Counted from the first letter of the stretch, positions 1-9,477 are shown. The stretch is 64,000 nucleotides of DNA from an uncultured Candidatus Saccharibacteria bacterium (GCA_964574355.1 CAZNMD010000001.1:26180-90179); one strand, 5' to 3'. Notes: a model not told the origin generated them from the letters alone. Program-made: numbers and translations.

Positions 1-72
1 TTGCTACGCATTGACGGATAGCGCCCTTCATACCGTCGTCGCTGTCGCGGGACACCCGCGTACGTGCGCATC

Positions 73-115
73 AAATACCCGAGCCTACATTTTAGGTGAG
101 GGTATTTTCTTTTTG
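73..115 (+). terminator. Probable intrinsic terminator upstream of grpE
   Basis: AAATACCC...GGGTATTT stem with inner CCTA/TAGG, followed by a T-rich tract. Confidence 0.55.
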
Positions 116-141
116 CATGTTTGACGTTCTGTCGCTATAAT
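113..141 (+). promoter_or_regulatory. sigma70-type promoter of grpE
   Basis: TTGCAT(113-118)-17 nt-TATAAT(136-141), 9 nt upstream of ATG 151. Confidence 0.6.
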
Positions 142-150
142 GCTCCCACT

Positions 151-744
151 ATGACAGACGAAAATGATATTCAAATAGAAGAAGAGGGCACACAAAAGAA
201 AGGGGCTCATCCTGACGCAGACACATTAGATGATTCCGTTCTCGCCGAAGAATCTTCGCACGAAACAATCAAAAAACTTCGCGAAAAACTGAAAGTTGTT
301 GAGGCTGAAAAAGTGGAGTATTTAACGGGTTGGCAACGAGCAAAAGCAGATCTTATCAACGCCCGAAAACGTGATGAGGAGGATAAACGAGCTTTTGCCA
401 AGCGCGCTACAGAAGATTTGATAGTTGAACTCGTCCCTGTTTTGCAAAGTTTCGAATCCGCAATGGCAAATAAAGAGGCCTGGGAAAAAATAGATAAAAA
501 TTGGCGCGTTGGCGTCGAATATATTGCGGGGCAACTCAAAAAAGCTCTCGTTGATCATGGTCTTGCAGAAATTGACCCACTCGGAAAAGAATTTGACCCA
601 ACTCGTGACGAAGCAATAGAACATGTTGTGGTTACAGAAGAAAAGAAACATAATGTGGTCACTGAAGTGCTACAGAAAGGATACGAATTAAACGGTACTG
701 TTATTCGTGCTCCGCGAGTAAAAGTAGCTCAGTTTATTAAGTAA
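151..744 (+). CDS. grpE: Nucleotide exchange factor GrpE
   Basis: Coiled-coil RAKADLINARKR, FDPTRDEA and LQKGYELNGTVIRAPRVKV motifs; ATG 151 preferred over TTG 121, which lies inside the promoter. Confidence 0.96.
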   Translation: MTDENDIQIEEEGTQKKGAHPDADTLDDSVLAEESSHETIKKLREKLKVVEAEKVEYLTGWQRAKADLINARKRDEEDKRAFAKRATEDLIVELVPVLQSFESAMANKEAWEKIDKNWRVGVEYIAGQLKKALVDHGLAEIDPLGKEFDPTRDEAIEHVVVTEEKKHNVVTEVLQKGYELNGTVIRAPRVKVAQFIK

Positions 745-754
745 AGTATAGTGT

Positions 755-781
755 TTGACCATAGCTCTTTTGTGCTATAAT
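755..781 (+). promoter_or_regulatory. Promoter for the uORF-dnaK-dnaJ transcript
   Basis: Extended -10 TGcTATAAT (773-781); TTGACC at 755-760 with a short 15-nt spacer. Confidence 0.6.
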
Positions 782-791
782 CACTTTTCAA

Positions 792-1115
792 ATGAGTACG
801 GCGATTTTACAAAATCCGGGGTACACCATCGTTGAGCGCGTTGTCACAAACAAGCGGGGTGAATTGATGCGTGTTATTTTTGCTATCGCCACATTCAATG
901 GAATAACGCGAGCTCGAATTATTAAAGCCGAAAAAATTCAAAGTCTTACCGGTGATTCTCAACCGCAATCAACAATCTTTCTCTTGGTAGGTGAGACCAC
1001 TGTTCCTTCGCTTGACTCCATCCCTGATTTAAAATCAATTCCATCGCCCTACGTTTTTACAATTGATCTCTTTTTTAGAAGCCAGATGACTCGCGCACCT
1101 GCGCAGAGCATATAA
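792..1115 (+). CDS. Hypothetical protein upstream of dnaK; candidate leader/arrest peptide (C-terminal QMTRAPA)
   Basis: 107-aa ORF with own -10 box; beta-rich N-terminus, S/P-rich linker, RAP motif 4 codons before the stop. Confidence 0.75.
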   Translation: MSTAILQNPGYTIVERVVTNKRGELMRVIFAIATFNGITRARIIKAEKIQSLTGDSQPQSTIFLLVGETTVPSLDSIPDLKSIPSPYVFTIDLFFRSQMTRAPAQSI

Positions 1116-1196
1116 GCTGCTTAGCGAATTAACTTCTTGGCTTTTAAACAAGAAGGTTGTGCTAGCAGCATAAACCTGTTTTTACAGGTTTTTTGT
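1116..1196 (+). promoter_or_regulatory. Candidate attenuator: alternative hairpins plus intrinsic terminator before dnaK
   Basis: Stem 1116-1139/1149-1169; alternative stem AGGTTGTGCT-AGC-AGCATAAACCT 1154-1177; terminator AAACCTGT-TTTT-ACAGGTTT followed by TTT 1172-1194. Confidence 0.6.
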
Positions 1197-1243
1197 ATTT
1201 ACTCTTAATTCTTCATTTATTAGTCTTTAGTCTTTTTTAAACT

Positions 1244-3142
1244 ATGGGAAAAATAATTGGAATCGACCTTGGAACAACCTTTTCAGCTGTCTCTGTTATT
1301 GAAGCTGGTAATCCGCGAGTACTTGAAAATGCAGAGGGTGCGCGCACAACTCCATCAATTGTCGCAACAAGTAAAACGGGCGAACGATCGGTTGGCCTTC
1401 TTGCTAAGCGTCAAGCTGTCACAAACCCAAAAAATACACTCTATCAAATCAAACGCTTCATGGGTCACAATTTCGACGAAGAAGCTGTTCAAAAGGATAT
1501 AAAAAATATTTCGTACGAAGTTCAAAAATCATCGAATGGTGGTATTGAAGTAAAAATGGGGGACAAGTGGTATCGTCCGGAAGAAATTTCGGCAATGATT
1601 TTGGCAAAGCTAAAAACAGACGCCGAAGCTCGTTTAGGCGAACCAGTAACTGAGGCGGTCATTACAGTACCTGCTTACTTCAACGATACACAACGACAGG
1701 CAACAAAAGATGCTGGAAAAATTGCAGGACTTGAAGTAAAACGAATCATCAATGAACCGACTGCTGCAGCCTTGGCATATGGTTTCAACAAAAAAAAGAA
1801 CGAAAAAATTGCCGTCTTTGATTTCGGCGGAGGTACCTTCGATATTTCTATTCTCGAAGTTGGTGACGACGTCGTTGAAGTAAAATCAACAGATGGTGAC
1901 GCTCACCTTGGAGGTCGCGATATCGACGCTAAGATCTTAAACTGGCTTGCGGAAGAGTTTAAAAAAGAAAATGGGATTGATCTACGAAACGATCCCCTTG
2001 CAAAACAGCGACTCGATGAAGCATCTGAAAAAGCAAAAATTGAGCTTTCAACCGCAACACAAACTGAAATTAACATCCCGTTTATCACATCAGGATCTGA
2101 TGGACCAAAGCACCTTTTGGTTACTATGACTCGAGCAAAACTCGAAGAGCTCACTCAAGAATTCATTGATCGAGCAATGGCGATTACCAAACGAGCCATG
2201 GAAGCATCACCATTCAAAAAACCAGAAATTAATGAGGTTGTTTTGGTTGGTGGACAAACCCGAATGCCGGCAATACAGGCGGCAGTAAAAGAATTCTTTG
2301 GCAAAGAACCACACATGGGAGTGAATCCAGACGAAGTGGTTGCTATCGGAGCAGCTATTCAAGGAGGTATTCTTCAAGGAGACGTTAAAGATGTTCTCTT
2401 GCTAGACGTTATTCCGCTTTCGCTTGGTATTGAAACAATGGGAGGGGTTGCAACAAAGTTAATCGAGAGAAACACAACAATTCCAACCGCAAAATCTCAG
2501 ATTTTCTCCACAGCGGCAGACAATCAAACATCGGTTGAAATTCATGTCACTCAAGGAGAGCGCGCGATGGCGGCTGACAACAAGTCGCTTGGTAAATTCA
2601 TGCTCGATGGTATTCCGCCTTCACCACGAGGTATGCCACAAGTTGAAGTTACTTTCGATGTTGATGCCAACGGAATTCTTTCTGTAAAAGCGAAGGAAAA
2701 AACGACAGGCAAAGAACAATCAATTCGTATTGAGGGTTCGTCAGGTCTTTCAAAAGACGATATTGCCCGAATGCAAGGTGACGCTGAAAAGAATGCCGCC
2801 GAAGACGCAAAAAAACGCGATCTTATTGAAGCAAAAAATGGCGCTGAACAGATAATCTATTCAAGTGAAAAGGCCTTGCGTGATAATAAAGACAAAGTTA
2901 GTGCCGATATCGTAAAAGAAGTTGAAGAGAAAATTGCAGCAGCTAAAAAGGAAAAAGATGGTAGTGATGTTGAAGCTATAAAAAAGGCGGTCAGTGAACT
3001 TTCTACGTCACTTTCAAAGATTGGTGAAGCAATGCAAAAAGCTTCACAACAAACACCTCCACCAACAGGGGAAAAGAAAGACGATAAGGGAAACGATGGT
3101 CCAGTTCGAGATGCGGACTTTAAGGAAGGGGATAAAAAATAG
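1244..3142 (+). CDS. dnaK: Chaperone DnaK (Hsp70)
   Basis: [34 protein letters not shown] signatures. Confidence 0.99.
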   Translation: MGKIIGIDLGTTFSAVSVIEAGNPRVLENAEGARTTPSIVATSKTGERSVGLLAKRQAVTNPKNTLYQIKRFMGHNFDEEAVQKDIKNISYEVQKSSNGGIEVKMGDKWYRPEEISAMILAKLKTDAEARLGEPVTEAVITVPAYFNDTQRQATKDAGKIAGLEVKRIINEPTAAALAYGFNKKKNEKIAVFDFGGGTFDISILEVGDDVVEVKSTDGDAHLGGRDIDAKILNWLAEEFKKENGIDLRNDPLAKQRLDEASEKAKIELSTATQTEINIPFITSGSDGPKHLLVTMTRAKLEELTQEFIDRAMAITKRAMEASPFKKPEINEVVLVGGQTRMPAIQAAVKEFFGKEPHMGVNPDEVVAIGAAIQGGILQGDVKDVLLLDVIPLSLGIETMGGVATKLIERNTTIPTAKSQIFSTAADNQTSVEIHVTQGERAMAADNKSLGKFMLDGIPPSPRGMPQVEVTFDVDANGILSVKAKEKTTGKEQSIRIEGSSGLSKDDIARMQGDAEKNAAEDAKKRDLIEAKNGAEQIIYSSEKALRDNKDKVSADIVKEVEEKIAAAKKEKDGSDVEAIKKAVSELSTSLSKIGEAMQKASQQTPPPTGEKKDDKGNDGPVRDADFKEGDKK

Positions 3143-3176
3143 AAATAAGAAAAACAGATAGTAAAAATGAGAAAAA

Positions 3177-3216
3177 CCGCGGACGCATCTTAACAGTTAA
3201 CAACCTGCGTCCGCGG
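3177..3216 (+). repeat. GC-rich inverted repeat between dnaK and dnaJ
   Basis: Perfect 11-bp arms CCGCGGACGCA / TGCGTCCGCGG; no U-tract on + strand. Confidence 0.7.
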
Positions 3217-3238
3217 AGGAAAACCGGATTCTACAAAA

Positions 3239-4294
3239 ATGGCAAAAAATTATTACGAGATATTAGGCGTTAAAAAAGACGCCTCAAAAGAGGAGATAAA
3301 AAAGGCCTTTAGAACATTGGCTCATAAATACCATCCTGACAAAAGTGGAGGAGATGAGGCAAAGTTTAAAGAGGCCTCTGAAGCCTACGCCGTACTCTCA
3401 GACGATACAAAACGTGGTCAATATGACCAGTACGGTAGTGCCATGCCTGGAGGAGGGGGAGGAAATCCTTTTGAGGGTTTTGACTTCTCAGGTTTCGGAG
3501 GAGGTGCTCCTTTTAACGTAGATTTTGGTGACATTTTTGGAGATTTCTTTGGTGGGGGAGGTCATCGTGTAAAACGAGGTCAAGATATCACCGTTGACCT
3601 TGAGCTCTCATTTGCAGAATCTATTTTCGGAGTTGAAAGAGTTATTCGGATTAGAAAAGGAACATCTTGCGACACATGTAGTGGAACTGGTGCTAAATCT
3701 GGTTCAAGTGAAATAACGTGTACTGTTTGTGGAGGACAAGGACAAGTGCGAGAATCAAAACGGTCTATACTTGGATCATTTTCAACCGTGCGTCAGTGTT
3801 TTGAGTGTCACGGTCGTGGAAAAGTTCCAAAGGAAAAATGTGATACCTGCAAAGGGGCAGGTATCACTCGACGCGAAGTCGAAATTACCATTGCCATACC
3901 AGCGGGAATTAATCACGGAGAAGCTGTTCGTCTTTCCGGTCTAGGAGAAGCTATTCCTGACGGAGAACCGGGAGATTTATTTGCTCGTATCCATGTAAAA
4001 TCACATCCAACTCTTAAAAAAGTTGGTGACAACTTAGTTACTGATATTTCAATAAAATTAACAACAGCCCTACTGGGAGGTAACTATCCCCTTAAAACAC
4101 TTGATGGGGATATTACAGTCACTATTCCGGCAGGAGTTGTTCACTCGGAGGTACTTCGAATTAAAGGGAAAGGTGTACCAACCACAAAAGGTAAACGGGG
4201 TGACCTTCTTATAAAAATTTCAATTGATTTACCAAAACGTTTATCAAAATCAGCGGCAAAACTTGTAGAAGAACTTAAAAACGAGGGCTTGTAG
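3239..4294 (+). CDS. dnaJ: Chaperone DnaJ
   Basis: J-domain with HPD, G/F-rich region, four CxxCxGxG repeats. Confidence 0.98.
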   Translation: MAKNYYEILGVKKDASKEEIKKAFRTLAHKYHPDKSGGDEAKFKEASEAYAVLSDDTKRGQYDQYGSAMPGGGGGNPFEGFDFSGFGGGAPFNVDFGDIFGDFFGGGGHRVKRGQDITVDLELSFAESIFGVERVIRIRKGTSCDTCSGTGAKSGSSEITCTVCGGQGQVRESKRSILGSFSTVRQCFECHGRGKVPKEKCDTCKGAGITRREVEITIAIPAGINHGEAVRLSGLGEAIPDGEPGDLFARIHVKSHPTLKKVGDNLVTDISIKLTTALLGGNYPLKTLDGDITVTIPAGVVHSEVLRIKGKGVPTTKGKRGDLLIKISIDLPKRLSKSAAKLVEELKNEGL

Positions 4295-4349
4295 ACACTT
4301 TGTTGTTTTTGATGAATGGGTAGGGTACCTGTATAATACAGGCACTACC

Positions 4350-5099
4350 ATGTTCTCTGATTATGTGCTCTCGCCACTCATCCTTCAATGGCTGATTTGG
4401 CCTGTTGTACGCCCTGCATTTTGGTTTTTTGGACGATTTCAAGTCCGAGGATTAGAGAACTTAAAGAATCTTCCTCCTGGGGTTATCTTTGCTAGTAATC
4501 ATACCGGCGAACTCGACGCCATACTCATTCCGGCAGCTCTGCCGTTTTTTTCAAGATTTCGACCGTTTTTTTATACTTCCCGAGAGCAATCTTTTTACAA
4601 AACATCAGGATGGCGTCAAGCTTTTTATGGAGGTTCTTTATTTAAACTTCTCGGTGCGTATCCTATTTTGCCTGGTAAACATAATTACGAACTATCACTC
4701 GCTACCCACATTCGAATTGCCAAACTGAAACAAAGCATCATTATTTTTCCAGAAGGCAAAGCTGGGCACAAAGAAATAATGAACGAAGGGAAGGGTGGTG
4801 TTGCCTATATTGCCCATGCTACCAACAAACCAATTGTCCCTATTGCGATTTACGGAACGTACGATTTGAGAAAGAAAGAATTTTACGGAAGAAAAAAACA
4901 ACTTGTTCTTTCTTTTGGAGCACCTATATACTCACAAGAACTATTTTCCGGAAAAACTCCTGTATTAAGCGAAGAACAAAATGACTTTAAAAAAGCATCT
5001 CAAAGTGTAATGGATAAGATAAAAGGTATGTATGATGCAATTTCACTAGAATATAAACAAAAAAATAGCTTGGTAAAAAATGATATCTTACTTTCTTAA
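4350..5099 (+). CDS. PlsC-like lysophospholipid/glycerol acyltransferase
   Basis: NHTGELD (HxxxxD) and FPEG motifs; TATAAT at 4332-4337. Confidence 0.88.
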   Translation: MFSDYVLSPLILQWLIWPVVRPAFWFFGRFQVRGLENLKNLPPGVIFASNHTGELDAILIPAALPFFSRFRPFFYTSREQSFYKTSGWRQAFYGGSLFKLLGAYPILPGKHNYELSLATHIRIAKLKQSIIIFPEGKAGHKEIMNEGKGGVAYIAHATNKPIVPIAIYGTYDLRKKEFYGRKKQLVLSFGAPIYSQELFSGKTPVLSEEQNDFKKASQSVMDKIKGMYDAISLEYKQKNSLVKNDILLS

Positions 5100-5115
5100 T
5101 TAGTTACTTAGTTTC

Positions 5116-5958
5116 TTAAATTTTCCAAAATCTTTTCTCGGCCTTTACTAGGGCAGAGTGTTTTTTCTTAGGTATTTTTTGGTCGTTATTTTCCGCTCTC
5201 ACATTCCACAGTTTAGCTTTTTGTAATGCCAACAGAAGTAAGGTTTTTATACCATTGGCAAATTCAACACTTTCTACTGTGCACGCAAATTTTTCTCGCG
5301 GAGAAATAAAAGTGGTTTGATTACCATAGACAGCGAGCTCAGAACCAAAGCCACTTTCGGGAATTAACGCGTATTCAATTGAACCCGACGCATTTTTTGT
5401 AATTAGATCACGTATTTGAGAGGTATTATGAGAAAGTATTTTTGTAGAGACGTTTCTTTTGGCTTGTCGTTCGCGCACGGTTGAAATATAATTCGGCATC
5501 TCTTTTATAAGTTCATTTTCAGTGGCATATGAAAAAATGGGCTCTTTTGATAAAAGCATGTTTTCATAAGCAGTCTTAATACCGGCAATTCCTTCAAAAA
5601 ATTTAATGTTCGGTTTTGTTGAATCTTTACTTTTTTCTATCGTTTCTAATTCAGAAAGCATTTCGCGTCCAAGTTTTGCGAGTTCAGCATGCTCTCTAGC
5701 TGAATCTTCGGCTTTTTGAACTAACCTGTCGGGAGAAGCGGGGGAATAACTACGAACTCCATCACGAATTTCAATCGCAGCTAAACCTTTTTTTGTAAGT
5801 GATTCAAGAACAACGTATGCCGTACTCCTGTTTACTCCCGATTTTTTTGCAATGTCACTTGCGGGAACGGTTCCAAGATGAAGAAGCGCTAAATATATAT
5901 CAGCCTCTTTTTCTGACAGGCCAAACCTTTGAAGTTTTTGTATAGTTTCTGTGGCCAT
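5116..5958 (-). CDS. TrmB-family transcriptional regulator
   Basis: N-terminal wHTH (GLSEKEADIYLALL...IAKKSGVNRSTAYVVLESL) plus C-terminal effector domain (PNIKFFEGIAGI). Confidence 0.9.
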   Translation of the reverse strand: MATETIQKLQRFGLSEKEADIYLALLHLGTVPASDIAKKSGVNRSTAYVVLESLTKKGLAAIEIRDGVRSYSPASPDRLVQKAEDSAREHAELAKLGREMLSELETIEKSKDSTKPNIKFFEGIAGIKTAYENMLLSKEPIFSYATENELIKEMPNYISTVRERQAKRNVSTKILSHNTSQIRDLITKNASGSIEYALIPESGFGSELAVYGNQTTFISPREKFACTVESVEFANGIKTLLLLALQKAKLWNVRAENNDQKIPKKKHSALVKAEKRFWKI

Positions 5959-6002
5959 AGATTAAGGTTTTAACATATGATCTTTGCGCGTAAATGATTT
6001 TA

Positions 6003-6084
6003 GTGTTGTTATATACTACCAACAATTGTTTACAAATGCAAGTTTATACTTCATATTGTTGTTACTCTTTGACAACAATATGAA
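6003..6084. promoter_or_regulatory. Two copies of a palindromic candidate operator TGTTGTTA-N8-CAACAA
   Basis: Copies at 6004-6025 and 6057-6078, 53 bp apart; the second extends to a 14/15 inverted repeat 6050-6084. Confidence 0.6.
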
Positions 6085-6188
6085 CATAACCGTAAAATTT
6101 ACTACGGAACCGACTTTTCGCTTCGCGATCTGGTCGTTAGTTCTTCAAAACAAAATGGTCTGAAAAGACCATAGTTGGAAGAGTTAGT

Positions 6189-6707
6189 ATGAAAAGATAC
6201 ATCGTTAGTGTTTGTCTGGCCGCAGCCGCTTTGTTTGCGGGGAAGTTGGAGGCGAGTGCGCAAACTTGGCATCAGCTGACTCAAAGTCAGCGAAACACGC
6301 TAATATTGGCGCAGGGCAATGTCGATAATGGAAAGATGACAAGTTATACCTGCAAGACATGGGTTCAGTTGAGGGTTATCCCCATGATTTCTGGTGGCGC
6401 AGTGACTATTCCACAAAATCGAAATAACTACAGTTGGTTTCCGGCGCCATATGTCTATGCACACCAGCAACCATTCCGTATTGAATGGTCCAGTCCTGGA
6501 CAGATTGTCCAGATGCAGGTGCCAAATAGAACCACAGGCATACTCGGTCCTCATACTGCAATTATCGCCTCATTTACGAGTTCAGAAGTAATACTTCTTG
6601 ACTGTAACTGGTACGGGGATGGCAAAGTTCAGTACCATCCTGTCGCTTACAATGACTTTTACAGGTGGGTTCAGAATTACAACTATACGGTGTACACCAT
6701 TCAGTAG
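6189..6707 (+). CDS. Secreted CHAP/NlpC-like cysteine hydrolase (putative)
   Basis: Signal peptide ending ASA; TCKTWV ... GPHTAII ... LLDCNW matches the Cys/His/acidic-x-Asn layout of CHAP domains. Confidence 0.6.
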   Translation: MKRYIVSVCLAAAALFAGKLEASAQTWHQLTQSQRNTLILAQGNVDNGKMTSYTCKTWVQLRVIPMISGGAVTIPQNRNNYSWFPAPYVYAHQQPFRIEWSSPGQIVQMQVPNRTTGILGPHTAIIASFTSSEVILLDCNWYGDGKVQYHPVAYNDFYRWVQNYNYTVYTIQ

Positions 6708-6715
6708 TGTTAACA

Positions 6716-6750
6716 TAGGATTGTTCGCGATGCGGGCAATCCTAACTTTT
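6716..6750 (+). terminator. Hairpin/terminator after the CHAP-like gene
   Basis: TAGGATTGTTCGC-GAT-GCGGGCAATCCTA followed by ACTTTT. Confidence 0.55.
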
Positions 6751-6762
6751 ATATTTCACTTT

Positions 6763-7677
6763 ATGAATAAAACGCATTTTTTCAAATTAACAGCAATGAG
6801 CATTCTCCTCGTAGGAGGAGCTTTTGTTGTAAAAGATTACTTAAATTATCAACCGGACGATTGGATAACATACGAAGACACAGAGAACGGTTATAGTGTG
6901 AAATATCCACAAGGCCTCGTCGTTCAAAAGATGGGTAATTCTCTTAGAATTGATTCTCCAGACTATACAGTTTCCAGTAGCTCAATATTGATCTCATTCG
7001 TATGGAAATCCAACATACAAATTCCGGCGACGCATGATACAACAACTAAAAATGAACTTAATCCTTTTCTTAGAGAGGAGCAAATCAAGATCGATGGTAG
7101 GGAAGGGTTTGTCGCCTATAACAACCAAAGAGGTGCCACTTTAAATTTCGAGGACAATATCTCTATGTTTTTTGTTAATACATTAAACATCGATCACGAA
7201 CGAGTGTGGAAAAGTCTTAAGTTTAATAAAGTGCCAGAAAAACAGGATTATACTGTTGTTGCTAATGGAACAAATAAGACAGTGAATAACAAAACGCTCG
7301 GCTTTAAAATTGATGTGCCAAACGAATGGAAGGTGGTTCCTGTTAATAAATTTTCCATGTTCTTTTTTGATGGGGACGGAAACAATCAGAAAATATCTAT
7401 ACCCATATTAACCATTGATGTACGACCTCCCGGCGAAGGTTTCATCCCCAAGAAAGATTTTGTTCCTACGATAGATGAAACAGGAATAAATCTACCAAGC
7501 GAGCACAAAGAAGTAACTATTGATGGAAATCGCGCACTTTATACTCACTATACGGAATTCTTTAGTGATCCAGAAACATGGAATCTAAACCTGTATCGAG
7601 ATGGAAGATTCTATTATATTTCAACAACACAATCTGATTACGAAAAAGTGTGGAATAGTTTCAAATTTCTGAAATAA
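6763..7677 (+). CDS. Membrane-anchored protein with two PsbP-like repeats
   Basis: N-terminal TM; duplicated YSVKYP/FKIDVP...IDG...VWxSxKF units; ATG 6763 preferred over the overlapping 6598 start. Confidence 0.7.
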   Translation: MNKTHFFKLTAMSILLVGGAFVVKDYLNYQPDDWITYEDTENGYSVKYPQGLVVQKMGNSLRIDSPDYTVSSSSILISFVWKSNIQIPATHDTTTKNELNPFLREEQIKIDGREGFVAYNNQRGATLNFEDNISMFFVNTLNIDHERVWKSLKFNKVPEKQDYTVVANGTNKTVNNKTLGFKIDVPNEWKVVPVNKFSMFFFDGDGNNQKISIPILTIDVRPPGEGFIPKKDFVPTIDETGINLPSEHKEVTIDGNRALYTHYTEFFSDPETWNLNLYRDGRFYYISTTQSDYEKVWNSFKFLK

Positions 7678-7769
7678 ATATATTTTGGTAATTAAATTTT
7701 TACCTCTCCCTCATTTTCGCTTTGGACACAAACCATGGTATTGTTCTGGCGATAAGAGTTTAACCTCCA

Positions 7770-9437
7770 ATGGAAATTAATTTTTACGCGATTATTGACT
7801 GGTTAACAGCTGTAATACTCGGAAGTCTTGCCTTTGCTATTTTTCTGGGCAGTAAAAAGCACTCATCCAGAGCTTTTGTTCTAATGATATTTTTTGTGAT
7901 GATTTGGACTCTGAATGCAGGTATTCGTGCCGCGGTAATAGATTCAACGACAGCTTTATATCTGACACGGATAAGCTACTTCTTGGGCACCCTTATTGCG
8001 ACATGCTTTGTAAATTTTTTTATTGCTTATCCGGACGATAAAATATTAGGACGTAAATTAAAAATATTCTTAATCATATGTGAAACAGCTCTTTTTTACG
8101 TAATTGTACTAACAAATTATGTAATATTGAACGCTGAAAAAATTCCTGAAACCTTATTTTGGTCTTGGAATCACGGATCTTTGTGGATGGTTTTTGCTGG
8201 ATATTTTTTTGGTTGCTGGACGGCCGGTCTTGTTGTTCTTTTTAAAAAATACAGAGTATCAACTGAAAACGAAACAAAACATAACCTCAAGTTTATGTTT
8301 TGGGCATTACTAATTGGAATAATTCCACCCTCTTTTTTTAATATAATTCTACCAGCCGCTGGCAGTTATCAGTTTGATTGGCTTGGACCACCAACGGGTT
8401 TGATTTGGATTATTATCATTGGTTATTCAATTGTAAAATATCGCCAAATGAATGTTCGCGTTGTTGCCGCCGAAATTTTTACATTTTCAATAATTACAAT
8501 CTTTTTTCTAAACATTTTTACCGACTTTCAGTTGGGGATCTTAGGGAGAGTTATATTTTTTGTGACATCAATAATTCTTGGATATTTTATTATCAAAGGA
8601 GCCTTAGCAGAAAGAGATCAAAAAGAAACTCTCACATCCTTTAATAAGACCCTAAATGAAAAAGTAGCCGAGCAAACAGTCGAAGTTAAAAGAGCCTATG
8701 AAGTTGAAAAGAAGGCTAATCGAGAATTAAAGCAAGTAGACCAAAATAAAAATGATTTTATTTTGATTACCCAACACCACCTTAGAACTCCGCTCTCACA
8801 AATCAGATGGTATTCTGATTCTATTATAAATGGTTTGTATGGTGATATTTCTGTAGAACTTGGTGAAGTAATTTCTAAAATTGACAAAGCAGCAGAAAAA
8901 CTCACAAAGACATTAAATGATTTTTTAGCTATTACTCAGTTAAAAATTGGAACAAAAGTTTTAAATGTTCAGCCCATAAATCTTAAAGATGTTATCGAGA
9001 CAGTCCTATATGATCTTTCAAGCGAGATAAAAAGAAAGAAAATCACCGTTAGCTTTCCAGCTAATGATAACCATTGGCACCTTGTTTCAGCCGATTCCGA
9101 TAGAATGAAAGATGTTTTTGCAATAATTTTGGATAACGCTATTTTGTACAACCACCAAGAGGGTGGGAAATTGAGGATAAGCACAGAACAAAAAAATGGT
9201 ATTCTGATAGTGAACGTTGCGAACACAGGCATAGGCCTTAGTAAAATCGATAAATTGGGTTTGTTGAAGCAAAGTTTTTATAGGTCAAAAGAAGCGAAAA
9301 AAGTAAATCCGTCTGGTATGGGGGTAGGATTATTGGTAGCTAAAACAATTGTAGAAGCACATCATGGAAGTATTGTACTTGAATCAGATGGGGTAAAGAA
9401 AGAAGTAAAAATTGAAATAAAACTTCCGATAGCGTAG
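7770..9437 (+). CDS. Sensor histidine kinase with multi-TM (HisKA_7TM-like) N-terminal domain
   Basis: About 8-9 hydrophobic segments; H-box HHLRTPL, N-box ILDNAILY, G1 NTGIG (D to N), G2 GMGVGL. Confidence 0.92.
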   Translation: MEINFYAIIDWLTAVILGSLAFAIFLGSKKHSSRAFVLMIFFVMIWTLNAGIRAAVIDSTTALYLTRISYFLGTLIATCFVNFFIAYPDDKILGRKLKIFLIICETALFYVIVLTNYVILNAEKIPETLFWSWNHGSLWMVFAGYFFGCWTAGLVVLFKKYRVSTENETKHNLKFMFWALLIGIIPPSFFNIILPAAGSYQFDWLGPPTGLIWIIIIGYSIVKYRQMNVRVVAAEIFTFSIITIFFLNIFTDFQLGILGRVIFFVTSIILGYFIIKGALAERDQKETLTSFNKTLNEKVAEQTVEVKRAYEVEKKANRELKQVDQNKNDFILITQHHLRTPLSQIRWYSDSIINGLYGDISVELGEVISKIDKAAEKLTKTLNDFLAITQLKIGTKVLNVQPINLKDVIETVLYDLSSEIKRKKITVSFPANDNHWHLVSADSDRMKDVFAIILDNAILYNHQEGGKLRISTEQKNGILIVNVANTGIGLSKIDKLGLLKQSFYRSKEAKKVNPSGMGVGLLVAKTIVEAHHGSIVLESDGVKKEVKIEIKLPIA

Positions 9438-9477
9438 CACTATCCTAAAAATAAATTTAGCTATTCTTTGAACACAA

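Noticed and set aside
1-1243. CIRCE (HrcA operator) for grpE/dnaK
   Set aside because: No TTAGCACTC-N9-GAGTGCTAA found; TTAGCG...GTGCTAG at 1121-1165 has the wrong spacing and is explained by the hairpin.
6598-6762. N-terminal extension of the PsbP-like ORF from TTG 6598
   Set aside because: It overlaps the upstream gene and its terminator hairpin; ATG 6763 gives a proper N-terminal TM.
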